64,000 nt of DNA from the NCBI GenBank assembly GCA_030141605.1, contig JAQGDQ010000089.1, positions 434,001-498,000 of the forward strand. The letters run 5' to 3'. The notes under the pieces were generated by a model. It worked only from the letters and a program-made list of their open reading frames with translations. It was not told the DNA's origin and did no database searches. A program made the position numbers and the translations under genes. This document shows, piece by piece, positions 52,687 to 64,000 of this stretch (the stretch's first letter is position 1; each line of letters begins with the position of its first letter). The stretch is from Tubiluchus corallicola (lineage: Eukaryota > Animalia > Priapulida).

Positions 52687-52917
52687 GATCTCAGTACCAG
52701 GCATCGGTGACTACCGGCGATCGTTGGGGCTCCGAGACAGATGCTGATTTGTACATAGTTTTGTTCGGTTCTGAAGGCGAGAGCGGTAAACATTGGTTGA
52801 CAACGTCGGACAATGCTGAGAAGTTCCAGCGAAATCAGACTGATGTGTTCACTATTCCATGTGAACCACTCGGAGATCTGTACAAAATCATCGTCGGCCA
52901 TAATGGCATAGGATATG
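52687..52917 (+). CDS. RP1: RP1-like exon: PLAT4 part a (YQASVTTGDRWGSETDADLYIVLFG..LGDLYKIIVGHNG)
   Basis: TTCAG/GTACTG, phase 1->1. Confidence 0.92.
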
Positions 52918-54270
52918 GTACTGTGACATTTCTAGGTTTAAGGTGTAAACTGCAAAAAATAAATAATGTTTTGTATTTTTGCACGCGCAGACACAACTAA
53001 AAAAAGTTTGCTGTGTTATACCAAATTTATGTCGCATTTCATTTAAAATTCTGCATAACAATCAGGGCCGATTATGACTTTTGGGGCTCTTAGTCTAATG
53101 AAATTGTGTGGCCTCTCGGACGGAGCTACCTTCTAATTTGCTTGTACTGGTCACGAATATTTTTTACTTGTGATATATTTTAGCAACATTTACATAGATC
53201 TGGCCCCCATATTTCAAAGAAAGGGCATCAAAGGGGGCCTTTATCTCAGATAAAGGGCTTCAAACAAATCCCCTTTGTCTCAAATAAAAGGCCTGAAATA
53301 AGGATCCTTTATCTCAAATGGGGATCCACCTTAAAACTGGATTTTCAGACTTCCTGGCCTCATTTTTTTAAAGTCAGCAATATAGGGTAACCCAGCCCTG
53401 ATATGACCATATCTTAGTAGTTAAGCTCTGTTGATGGATCACAATAACTGTGGTTGTAAGTGTGTAGGCAGCGATATTATTAATATTGCTTCATAGTTGG
53501 TGATATGTACAATATTTGTTTACCTTTGTGGTGAAATAATTTCATGTTTGCATGGTCAAGTTGATAAATTAAGGTAGCTTCTTTTTAATTGTCAAATGTG
53601 GATCTTCTAAAATACGGCACGGAGAATTATTTTCCGGATTGAGTTGGACTTTTAGGCCCATGTCACATATAGCTGCAGGGACATAGTCTGTCAGATGTGA
53701 GCCGTGAGGAGAAAAAGACATCTCATGAAAAATGAATGTATGCCAACCAACAGTTCCTGTCACACAGATAATTCATTTCCCATCTTCCGTTTACCATGAT
53801 TTGCCTATCGTAAGCCGTCAGTCATAATCCGCGGTAGGCAACTCGCAACCGTTTTGAGCCATTCGAGGTTATTGCATAATAAATTTGGCCATTAGTTTTT
53901 TTTGCCTTAAGGTGTTTTGAGTCATCACTAATGTAGTAATTAGCATGTTTGTGGTTTTTACAGTTCACAGTTCATTTATGTCATAAGAATTCATAACAGA
54001 ATGGTCTTATAAACATTAAAAAGCACTTTTTAAATGCGATTTTTAAAATTAGTTTTATAGAAATGAACTTAATTATTACATTTATGTTTCACTACTTAAG
54101 CCACTACATAATAATAAATTGCAGATATTCTTTTTTCAGAGCTTAAGTTAATTTAGAAAGTACTGCAATACACAGATTTTTGTCATTTGCTTTGAAATAT
54201 TTCGTAAGTGCTGCAGAGGATTTTTGAAAAGTGAGCTTGTGTTGTTGTATTGGTTTTTTGTGATTTTTAG

Positions 54271-54405
54271 GAGCAGGAATTTTTCTGGACAAAATAGTGG
54301 TCAGCCAGGGATCGTTTGGTAATCAGGAGTACATATTTCCTTGTGGACGTTGGCTGGACGATGGGCAAGAAGATGGAAAGACTGAGCGTGAACTTGGATT
54401 ACTCG
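54271..54405 (+). CDS. RP1: RP1-like exon: PLAT4 part b (AGIFLDKIVV..YIFPCGRWLDDGQEDGKTEREL)
   Basis: TTTTAG/GTAAGA, phase 1->1. Confidence 0.92.
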
Positions 54406-54855
54406 GTAAGAAAAGTAGGGATAGTTGTTGAAATTTTTGTAGGTAAATAAATCTTTGAAGCGCACATTTATAAGTGTCAATGTAAAATTAGGTTCATTGT
54501 GTATGATTATCCATTTTGTGTTGCTGGGATTTTCTGAATTATTGATGTTTTATGATTCTCCAGCAAATTATCAAGATGCTGATTTACGAATTGTTTGCTC
54601 ATTATTATCCGCACAATATTTTGACATTTACATATCTTTGTCAACTGATATTATAACTAAAATGAAGTAAAAATAAACAACACGTTTTTTTCTTTTAGAC
54701 TATTCTGCAGTTTATTTTTATTCTATTTTAGCCCCAATTATACCCAACAGAGACATGCATATGTCAAAATATTGTCTGAATAAATAAGCAAGCAAATCAT
54801 AACGTCTACTGCTCTTATAATTCAAGAAACATAAAACGTGTTCTTTTGTTTACAG

Positions 54856-54933
54856 GTATTTGCGAGGTCAAAGATGAGGAGGTAGATCCAGAATTAGAGG
54901 TGATGAGTCCCACTCACGAAGAGCCAATGTCAG
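54856..54933 (+). CDS. RP1: RP1-like exon: acidic inter-PLAT linker
   Basis: TTACAG/GTAAAC, phase 1->1. Confidence 0.8.
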
Positions 54934-55806
54934 GTAAACATGAATTAGTGCAGCTTGTACTTAAAAGTGACCAGCATACAATTAGTCTACCAAATTTCTA
55001 TACTTGTTTTACTTTCCTGGGCTCAGTTTCACAAAGTCGTCACTAACTTAATGATGTCATTATTAATAGTTAAGTGAATGTAAGAACCACGTCACTAACT
55101 TATAGTGACAGGTTTGTGAAACCGACCCTGTTTAGACACGTGTTAAACTATTAGCAGAGTTGTATGTATTCTGAATGTTCTCAGCACAAAAGTATGTTTT
55201 TTCTTGAATTAATTCAAATTTGTTTCTATTATTATCAAGTATTTCCAGTTTTATTATGAGCACAAATTAACAAGATAATTAGAAAAAACACTTGTGTGAA
55301 ATTTGGTGAGAATTATTTTCATGTCCTGCTATTAGATGCTATGTCAAAAGTTGAAGTCATAATATACAAGTTGTGTGGTATTTCTGTATGAATTAAATAC
55401 CAAAAGGTTACTTAAAGTGGAGAAATCATGCCCCTTTTACAGTTGTTCAAGTGTGCGCACATAGGAACTTATTAACTTATTTATAAACATTCCTATTTAA
55501 AGGAGCAGAAGAATAGTAGACCAGCAACCAATCCGAGTGTAATTGTTGGATATTAGCTACCAGTTTGGTAGTACAAATACTTTATACAATAAGCATTAGT
55601 AAGCAATGAAAAATTTAAATGTTAATGCAGAAAAACTGTTCTTCCACAGCTGCCGTTTTTACTTCCGGAATTTGTAACAATGATAAAATTTCCTGGCATT
55701 TGAAAGGCAGGCCTCTAAAGTTTTGATTTACTAGTTGCTTAATAAAACTGCAGTTTTTATAATCTGTTAAAATGTGAAGGTTTATCAGTTATATCTGGCA
55801 TTACAG

Positions 55807-55958
55807 AAGGCATCTGGGACTTGAGTGTAACACTATTAGATCCTGCAAAAGAAAGCACTAGAGATTTTACTGTTACTGCTCATGGTACCGTGGCAATATC
55901 TCGTCCCGTTGATGTTCACATTGATGTTGAAGATGGAATAAAAGAATTCAAAATATCA
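55807..55958 (+). CDS. RP1: RP1-like exon: divergent PLAT5 part a (GIWDLSVTLL..FTVTAHGT)
   Basis: TTACAG/GTAAGT, phase 1->0. Confidence 0.82.
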
Positions 55959-56060
55959 GTAAGTAATTTATTTACAGACTAATTTTATATGATGTATATG
56001 AAATTATTTAACTATGAACAATAGTCATATCTATAACAATTTGTGTTTATTACATTTTAG

Positions 56061-56141
56061 GCGAATTTTGGACTTATTGGAGAGCTGAACAAGATAGTTT
56101 TAGAGAGACAGACAGATGACATTACTTGGAATTTACATTCC
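56061..56141 (+). CDS. RP1: RP1-like exon: PLAT5 part b (ANFGLIGELNKIVLERQTDDITWNLHS)
   Basis: TTTTAG/GTGAGT, phase 0->0. Confidence 0.85.
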
Positions 56142-56834
56142 GTGAGTAGCCACCATTGAAAAACTTAATGTATGTCTTAAAGGGGAATAAAAAGGAATTT
56201 TAAAGTATATCCCAAAGAACTTCCGATACAAAGTTATATTAGTTAACTTTACTCTTACCTGTTTTGACAGTCTTACGTGTTTGGAAACAATTCTTAATAA
56301 CTTGAAACACTCGGGCCACATGGAAAAGTGTCACTGCATCACCACCATCCCAGTGTGCTCCACTGATTCACCAAAAAACACATTGTTGATCTTATTGACA
56401 ATACAAAGTAATTTTATCATTTGCTTAGTTTGAAAAGAATGTGTTGTATGAATGCTTTAATTAATTTCAAACTTTTCGCAATGTTATTTAAACTTGTTCT
56501 GAGGTGACTTACTGTCAAAATGGCTGTACGTCACGGTCATCACGGGCATTTAAATTGCGTATTTTATACAGCATTACTGCTAATGCAAGCCCTGTATGCA
56601 ATAAGACAGCAAATATTTATTTATGAAGAATGTTACTTGTGCTTTAAGTATTTAAAATGTATATTTTAATACTTAGCTACTTAGAATGTGACAGCATACT
56701 TTTGGCACATCTTTTTCAATAAGCACTTGAAGTTGCTGAGTTTTTTCAGACTTTTTTGAATTTGTTTTTTAAAAATTCATCTTACTTAAGCATCTTTTTG
56801 TCATTTTTAATCATCATGTGAACTGTCTTTGCAG

Positions 56835-56955
56835 TGTACCCTAGTGGATAACACTACACATGAGGAACTGAAGTTTATCCTTTATGCAAGAACTGAGAAT
56901 CGTGGCTATTATTTAGACGTACCTGTTATAAAACCATGCAATGATCCTCCATTTT
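56835..56955 (+). CDS. RP1: RP1-like exon: PLAT5 part c (CTLVDNTTHEELKF..YLDVPVIKP)
   Basis: TTGCAG/GTAAGT, phase 0->1. Confidence 0.85.
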
Positions 56956-58285
56956 GTAAGTATGTTTGTGTTTTTTTAAAGATTTATGTGTAAATGTCAA
57001 AAAGGAATAAGAATTTGATTTTTGAAATGAAGTGTTTCTTAAAAAGAATGAAATTTTAAAAAGTTATTACTGAAATATTTACTTTCGTGGGTTTATATGA
57101 TTAAGTACAAAGGCAAATAACTATAAGTACAAATATGTTCAAATACACATATGGGTTACTTGGACACATAACAGTCATTTAGGCAAATTTATTCTTGCAG
57201 TTATTTGTATTTGTACTTAATCATATAAATGCACGGAAGCAATTCTAAATTAGACAACCTGAAAAATTTTGCACCTGCACTGGGATTTGAACCTAAGACC
57301 TTTTGTTTTCAAGGCACCTTTGCTAACCGTTACATCAGATAGGTACTCTGACTGTTCATGTTTAGACTATCAGCCGCTAGAGGGCTATCAACGGGGAATT
57401 GGGTAATCCATACTGTAGCATATCAAGACATAATACGAGATCTGTAATGTAAATGCACGGATGCTAAATTAGAAAGTCTAAAAAATTTTGCAACTCCATT
57501 GCGATTTAAACCCAAGACCTTCTGCTTTCATCCAGGCAGTTTTGCTGCCCATTACACCATGGTGTACTCTGGCATCTCTAATTCAGAAATTTACACTCTT
57601 AAGTCACACACCAACTAGTACTTATCCTTTAGTACTATTGCAGATAGACTACAACAGCTTATGTGGTGTTTTTTATTTATACAAATTGCTCTAAATCAGG
57701 ACAGTGATAGTTAGGGTGAGGAATGAAAAAGTGGTACAAGTCCAAAAAGATAAATTCTTGTAACCAATTTTGAATGATCGAAGGTACATGTTAACAATGT
57801 GTTTAAAGCAGAAGAGACTACATTTGTCAGTAAGACAATTTGCTGGTTAGAATTCCAGAAATAGAAAAACGACTTTATATCTAGCTATTTTGCATTTAGG
57901 AATGTCATAAAGTGGCTGTTATGAGATTTGTTGTTGCTTTTCATTCCTGACTTCTCTATGTTTTTGCAAAACCTACAAAACTAATATCTGTAAGAATGGG
58001 TATGAGAGAGTCGATTTGCTAAATATCACCAGAAACTTTCACTGGTGGCTGTAGTAGGTGTAGTTACATTGCACGGGAGGCCCATGCTAGCTGAAGTCGG
58101 TATTTTCCAGAACCCGATCCTGAGCTCTGCGTAGGAAATTAGCAGTTTATGTAATTGCTATTTTAATTTTAAATAAAATCTTATTAAAATTGTATAAAAT
58201 TATGTATTTGCCATTTTAATTTGCTATATTTTAGTATAGCAACTATTGCTGAAAACAATTCAGAAATGCAGTGTTTTGTTTGCAG

Positions 58286-58434
58286 TGGTCACATACATGA
58301 TAGAAGTGTATACCCTCGATCGTGAATCAGAAGGAGAATTGCCGATGTTTATCAATTTGATAGGAGAGGTGTCAGAGACGGGAAAGCGCTGGCTTCGAGA
58401 TTCAGGAAATAGCGTACAGTTTGTTGCTAATCAG
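58286..58434 (+). CDS. RP1: RP1-like exon: PLAT6 part a (VTYMIEVYT..FINLIGEVSETGKRWL)
   Basis: TTGCAG/GTTGGT, phase 1->0. Confidence 0.88.
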
Positions 58435-59446
58435 GTTGGTGCAAGTATAGAGTTCAACAAAATTACTGCTGTTTAAACTCATGATTGTTAATATGTTTGT
58501 TATCAATTAGACTTAATTATCTCAGTGGTGTACTACAATTGGGTCGTTTTTGTACAAAGCACTGATTTTTGTATGGACTATTCTTCACAGAAACTCATAC
58601 ATATTTTCGTTACTATTTTTCTTTGTTTTTAGGTCACATATACAGAAAACAGTTTTATTAGAAATTAACCAAACAGTGTAATTATTATGTATTATGTATT
58701 TTATTCGCATCTAAAATCGATACAGCACATCTACAATGACGTTGGTAGACAAGTAGTAAAATCCTGTGTAATTCATTCTTTCAGTCACTTAATCCTTGTC
58801 TAGTGATGCTCCAATTTCACCGGTCACACGTCTTTTCTTTAAACTGCCTTGTATTTTGGAACTACAAGTGACTTGTTTTTACAAAGATAATGTGTTTTTT
58901 AAACTTTTACCAAACTGAAGTGTTCAGTTTGCCAATTTGTGGTACTGTAAAACTGTGTATGGGAAACCGTGATATTCATTAGAACTGGTTCAGGATGGTG
59001 GTAGAACAACAGCCGCCAAATACGTGTGGTGTTATTGTTTTCAGAATAAACAGTAAGATTGTTTCCTAATAATGTAAGAAAACTGAGTTTATTGAGTGAC
59101 TGGTTAGAAAAGCTTGCTCAATAAGCAGTCTTTATAAATTTCCCTACAAACTGCAATTTTTGTATTTTGTAGTTCTTACTATGCACAAACTTAAAGTGCC
59201 AATCCATAGTGAAAGTTTATGTACATGTTTATCAATTTATAAATGGTGAGCTTTATGCGTACATGATCTTGAGATAAGTCATAAAGTTTGGTTCGACATT
59301 CTAGTGAATAACTCTTATGACTTGTCATTAGGAAGGGTACATAGTTTATCGTATTCTTTCAAGTGGAAGCCGTTTTTAAATGAACTTTATATAAGTTGTT
59401 GGTATCATACAATAGACCTAGGTTCTCAGCAATTTTTTCCTTGCAG

Positions 59447-59660
59447 GTTGACAAGTTCGAGATTGAAACTGTCGCGTTAGGACCACCCAGGCGATTAGTG
59501 ATTGGCCACGACAATCAGGGTGAAGGTGAAGGAGTTAAAATAGAAAAGATTGTGATTCGCGAAGGTCCTTATGGTCCATATCAAGCTACTTTCTTATGCA
59601 ACACTTGGTTGGATGTGGGACGTGATGACAGGCTTATTGTGAAAGAACTTCAACCCTCAG
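59447..59660 (+). CDS. RP1: RP1-like exon: PLAT6 part b (VDKFEIETVALG..IGHDN..FLCNTWLDVGRDD)
   Basis: TTGCAG/GTACAG, phase 0->1. Confidence 0.92.
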
Positions 59661-61257
59661 GTACAGTGTATGCCGCTTAATAGATCCTTCTTGATGCAAA
59701 GCTAAATGGATTTATTAAATGCCTGGATTTATAAACTGAAGAGTTATATTAAATAGCATTTTCTGTGTTAGTACAGTGCGTACTGTTTAGTTATGAACCC
59801 AATACACTTACCACTCAATAAACTACTCGCTAAAATTTTTTAAGTGAAGTGCAATTTTTTAAGTTAAAGTAACTCGTGTAAAGTATGTATGTATTGTTTA
59901 TCCGTGAAGCCATTACCTCTTACATATGATAAACTAACCTGCCGAGTTAAAAAAATGAAATACACGTCACTTTAATATTGTGTGTGCACAATTTTTTATC
60001 AGTCAGAATCGGCATTTTAATTTAACCTAATTATGTTTGCAAAACAAGTGTTGACTATTATATAAGTTAGCATGCAGATAAGTTTTAAGCCGAAACATCT
60101 TCAATATGGTTTGTTTTAGTAGGAAATTTTTTTTAAAGATGCGATGGTATGTCTTGCTTGAGTTTGGTGAAATATCACATTTTTGAATACTGCTTTGCAG
60201 TTCAAGGTGCAGTGTTTTCAGTAGGTGTCGCATTTCAGCCATTGATACAGTAATTTGTGCTTCATTGTCATTGTCACCACAGTCATTGCAAAGTTGTAAA
60301 AAGTGCTTAGAATAAAGATGCTTTGTAGCTCAAGTTAAAATGCGGGACAGTTATGTAGTCTACCTCACAATTTTGTTGTCTTCACAGTGCTCAAGATAGC
60401 TTTACTTCGATAAAACAAAGCTTGGATTTACTAAACGGCAGATTTTCCTAGGTTAACGCTTTATACAGCAATAGTGGCCACAATAAGTGGCTTGATTATT
60501 ATCTGTGGATTTGTTAAACGGATTCTACCATATTTCAGTAACTGCAGGTGTGCTTTTCTGACAGTTCTTTGTGGTAAAAATAGAACATGGTTGTTTTCTG
60601 AAGCTTGAACATGAGTGAATATAAGGAATTTTCTCATGGAGTATGCTAAAGTAGACAGTAATCAAATACACTTTAACCCTTTATCAGACATCAACGCTTT
60701 AGTGCTGAAAAAGTCATTTTCAGTTTAATCGTAGATAATTATAACAAAGTAGACATAAAGGTACAAATGTAACAAAATTAGAAAAAATTAGCAAATAATT
60801 AAGTTATGCAAAGTATGTGAAGAGATTATGAGAGCAAACAGTTATAGAACAGCAAATGGAGGGAAAGCATGAAAGTCGAAGAGAAGGAAGTAAAAGAATG
60901 AAGGAAAAAGGAGGCGTATAGAGAAGTGACAAAAGAGAAGTGGAAAGGAATTTAAGAAGTAAGGGACTCTGGAAAGCAATTGGGAGTGGGTAGAAGACAG
61001 ATAAATTACCTGGTGTTGGTTTATAAAATTTTAAGATAGATGTTTTGAAATGTTTTTATGCAAATTCTGAAAAACGGTAAAACAACTTCTTTAAAAGCGT
61101 TGTGCTTACGGAGAAAGAGAAAAAAATAGTAAATAACTCAGCTAATCATTGTCAAGTGCAAGAATTTTTAAAGCTTCTAAGAATAATGATTTTGTTGTTG
61201 AAATAAAACTAAGATTTTATGTTAGTGCAAGACTTTTTTGTTTTTGAAATAATTTAG

Positions 61258-61451
61258 AAGAGATCATGCTACCTACTCGGATTACCTCGCTAGAGCCACC
61301 TGGTGATGAGTGGAATACGTGGTTGAAGCTGGATGAGAAACAGGGTAGTAAAGATGTTCGCATGTTTGTCATGGCTTATGGTAGCAATGGCAAGACAGAT
61401 GACATACAGATGCAGCCGCTGATGCTTAATGGAAACACTTATCAGTATTTG
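61258..61451 (+). CDS. RP1: RP1-like exon: linker + divergent PLAT7 part a
   Basis: TTTAG (tandem TAG-AAG acceptor)/GTGAGG, phase 1->0. Confidence 0.82.
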
Positions 61452-61459
61452 GTGAGGAA

Positions 61460-61880
61460 TTTATAATGATTTTTTTCTTCATTTCTTTTTCTCATTTCCT
61501 TTTACTGGTTTTTTACACTTTTGCTTTTTTATTGTTAGCTTTGTGATCATTATTATCTCTTTCCTGTCTTTTCTTTTTCTTCTTTGCTTATCTTTCATTT
61601 TTAATGTCTATTTTAACACAAAGACATGCCTATTACTAGTTTCTTGTATCTTTTACTTGCTATTTCCTTTTCTGTTTTCCCTTCTGTCCCTTTTCTGTCT
61701 TTTTCTTTGTTTGTCCATTGCCTGTCAGTTTATCTGTTTTCATTTCTGCCTTTTTTGTTTCTGTCTCTTTTTCTCTCCGTCTCCATTTTTGTCTTTGTTT
61801 TTTGTGTTTGTCTCTCTTTTCTTTTCTTTCTTTCTGTCTCAGTCTCCCTCTGTTTTTCTTTTCATCTGTGTGCCATCTTG
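61460..61880. repeat. Pyrimidine-rich low-complexity intron tract
   Basis: Direct reading. Confidence 0.85.
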
Positions 61881-61942
61881 ACATGTTACATATTACAAAT
61901 TACATTGTACGTAAGCGTCATTTTGTGGTTATTTTTTTACAG

Positions 61943-62029
61943 TTAACATTCACAGATGTTGGGGAACTGTACAAGCTTCGGTTGTCACTGGATGGTAATG
62001 GTGAAGAATCTGCTTGGTTTATCAATAAG
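61943..62029 (+). CDS. RP1: RP1-like exon: PLAT7 part b (LTFTDVGELYKLRLSLDGNGEESAWFINK)
   Basis: TTTACAG/GTAACT, phase 0->0. Confidence 0.9.
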
Positions 62030-62652
62030 GTAACTTATGGAGAAGCATATGATTTTTCAGGTTTTACTGTTAATTTATGAAGACGTGCTAAGAATACTCA
62101 GTCTGGTGTGTAAACTACCTTTGTTAGAAGTCGCATTTGCTGACATCTACAAGTTCAGATATATAATCATTTTTTTCTGCACTTTAAAACTTTAACCAAT
62201 TTTCTAGAAGTTGCTCATAAAAAAAATTAATTTTGTTTGCTGACAAAGTACAAGAAATGTTTAGAAACATTTAGTGTTATATGATTTTTGAATATTCGTT
62301 TATTTGAGTCTGGGTAGATGTCACACTTTTGTATTTCACCCAATTATTTTATTAATTTTTGTAAATTAGTGTGTATGAAAAAAATTAGTGTAACTCACTT
62401 TAATATTGTTGTGATGCTGTATAAATTTTCTGCTATAATTTAAGCATTTGAATTTTATTCTAGCACATTTTATTTAACATAAGAACAGTTTTTAACACAC
62501 ATTTTTCATTTTTTCGAAAAATGTAATCCAATGTCTCAGCATTTATTTTCATATGTACATTTCCTATCGTTATTCTTTCTTTAGATTTGAAATATTGTTT
62601 GAACTCATATATAAACAGACCATTTGAAAATAATAAATTACTTCATCTTCAG

Positions 62653-62785
62653 ATCAAGCTGAAGAATGTTGCCAATCATCAAGAATTTGTTTACTCTGCT
62701 CCCAGCTCGTTACAGTGCAGCGCCGATATGCCAATCAGCTACTTAGAGGTGCCAGTTATCAAGCCAGACGTACTACCCCTAGAAA
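62653..62785 (+). CDS. RP1: RP1-like exon: PLAT7 part c (IKLKNVANHQEFVY..YLEVPVIKPDVLPLE)
   Basis: TTCAG/GTAAGT, phase 0->1. Confidence 0.88.
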
Positions 62786-63369
62786 GTAAGTTTAGCAAGG
62801 CGAAGAGAAATAATGTAGTTTGTGTGAGGAATCAACTATTTCTGGCTACAAGACATTTAATTATTCATAATAGTATTGTCCACCATTATTGAATCTTGAA
62901 TATACATTTGGAAAAGAGGAAATTTTAAAAAGTTGAAACCATCTAGATTTGAGCCAGGGAAGTTGCGCTAATAAGCCAGATGCCCTACTTCTAGATTTTG
63001 TCATCCCCAGCGATCACGACAGTCCAAAGTTCATTCTTTATAACTAGCCGGCTAATTTCAGCATTTCCAGTGTTAGACTGGTCATGTTAAAGTGATTCTA
63101 AATAATCAGATTAATTTTAAATTTGGTTGGTTTTGAGGGTGTGTTTTTCGTGGGTGATTAATTAATTATTTATACTGCTAGTATCAAGATTGTTATAGAT
63201 GGTGCAAGTCCACTTAACTGAATTTTGAAGCCAAAACAAATCCAGTTATTTTTACAACACTGCTACTAATCTCTGACGTTATCATTTTCTGGTCCTGATT
63301 AAAATATATAAATGTATTTAACAACTTGATTATTTTTTTATTTACAAGGCTTTGCCTAATTTCTTGCAG

Positions 63370-63530
63370 TGTACGAGTACGTCATACAGATCTACACTGC
63401 AGACATTCCCGGTGCCGGCAAGGAACCGAGTCATGTTTGGGTGATATTGCACGGAGAGAATGGAGATACAGGAAAACGCCTCCTGGGGAAGCCTGATAGC
63501 AATAACAAACAACGGTTTCAACAGGGGCAG
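63370..63530 (+). CDS. RP1: RP1-like exon: PLAT8 part a (YEYVIQIYTAD..VWVILHGENGDTGKRLL..RFQQGQ)
   Basis: TTGCAG/GTAAGT, phase 1->0. Confidence 0.92.
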
Positions 63531-63862
63531 GTAAGTCATGATTACCACACAATCATCAGTTGATTCTACAGACGTATAACATTTATGTTACATACACTGG
63601 AAAGTGAGTAAAATTTGTGTTATGAAAACTAGAAAGTGCATACTATTTGTGTTACAGAAACCAGACAGTGATTAACATTTGTGTTGCGGAAACTTGAACA
63701 CAACAGAACAGTGCAGAATAGCACAACATTTTGTGCACACATTTTTTAGCAATTATTTTTTCTGTTTCTCAAAAGCCCATAGCAGTGAAGTTCAGTGTTT
63801 ATCTTGAAATCCATAGCAAAATCAATTTGCCACTAATACACATTTCCGTCTTGTTATCGTAG

Positions 63863-64000
63863 GTTGATGAATTTCAAATCGCAGCTTTGGATTTGGGTAA
63901 GCTAGATCACGTGACCTTGGAACACGATGCCAGAGGACGTGGGTGTGGCTGGTATGTTGAGAAAGTTTTGGTTAAGACATCACCTGATGACACGGTTGAA
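63863..64000 (+). CDS. RP1: RP1-like exon: PLAT8 part b (VDEFQIAALDLGKLDHVTLEHDARGRGCGWYVEKV), truncated by window end
   Basis: CGTAG acceptor, phase 0, PLAT motif. Confidence 0.9.

Larger units (their letters stand above)
25562..64000 (+). other. RP1: Gene span: RP1-like (oxygen-regulated protein 1 family) DCX-DCX-PLAT-PLAT-trefoil-trefoil-linker-PLATx6+, 3' end outside the window
   Basis: Two DCX domains with RP1-type motifs (KTVYFYKDADPKFGGVKLTINPRKYRSFETLLDEL; FGGVRSVYTPRG; LLNRRTAQTFEHVL) spliced in frame to PLAT repeats; all traced introns are GT-AG with matching phases. Confidence 0.85.

Noticed and set aside
57270-57560. tRNA genes (B-box-like GGTTCAAATCCC on the minus strand; similar words near 3790 and 6550)
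   Set aside because: No cloverleaf can be folded; at most decayed SINE fragments

Overview
AT-rich, intron-rich genomic DNA from an invertebrate animal (probably a lophotrochozoan, judged only from the intermediate filament sequence). It holds two divergent protein-coding genes. (1) Minus strand: the first two coding exons of a cytoplasmic intermediate filament gene (9923-9633, 4865-4747). (2) Plus strand: a large RP1-like gene with ATG at 25562 that runs off the window end. I traced about 28 exons by hand with consistent GT-AG phases; they encode 2 doublecortin (DCX) domains, 2 PLAT domains, 2 beta-trefoil-like domains, a linker and at least 6 more PLAT domains. The gene has a pair of apparently mutually exclusive duplicated exons (37236-37326 and 37382-37514) and two candidate X-box (RFX) promoters. 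Introns and intergenic DNA contain mini- and microsatellites, an internally deleted Harbinger element, hAT and Tc1/mariner-type MITEs, a CR1/L2-type LINE remnant and several dispersed repeat families. The most unusual stretch is the GC-rich 13260-14020 region: three tandem modules about 220 nt apart with HDV-like ribozyme topology on the minus strand, plus a 32-nt segment nearly identical to the conserved 18S rRNA core. All calls were made by eye, with no database searches.
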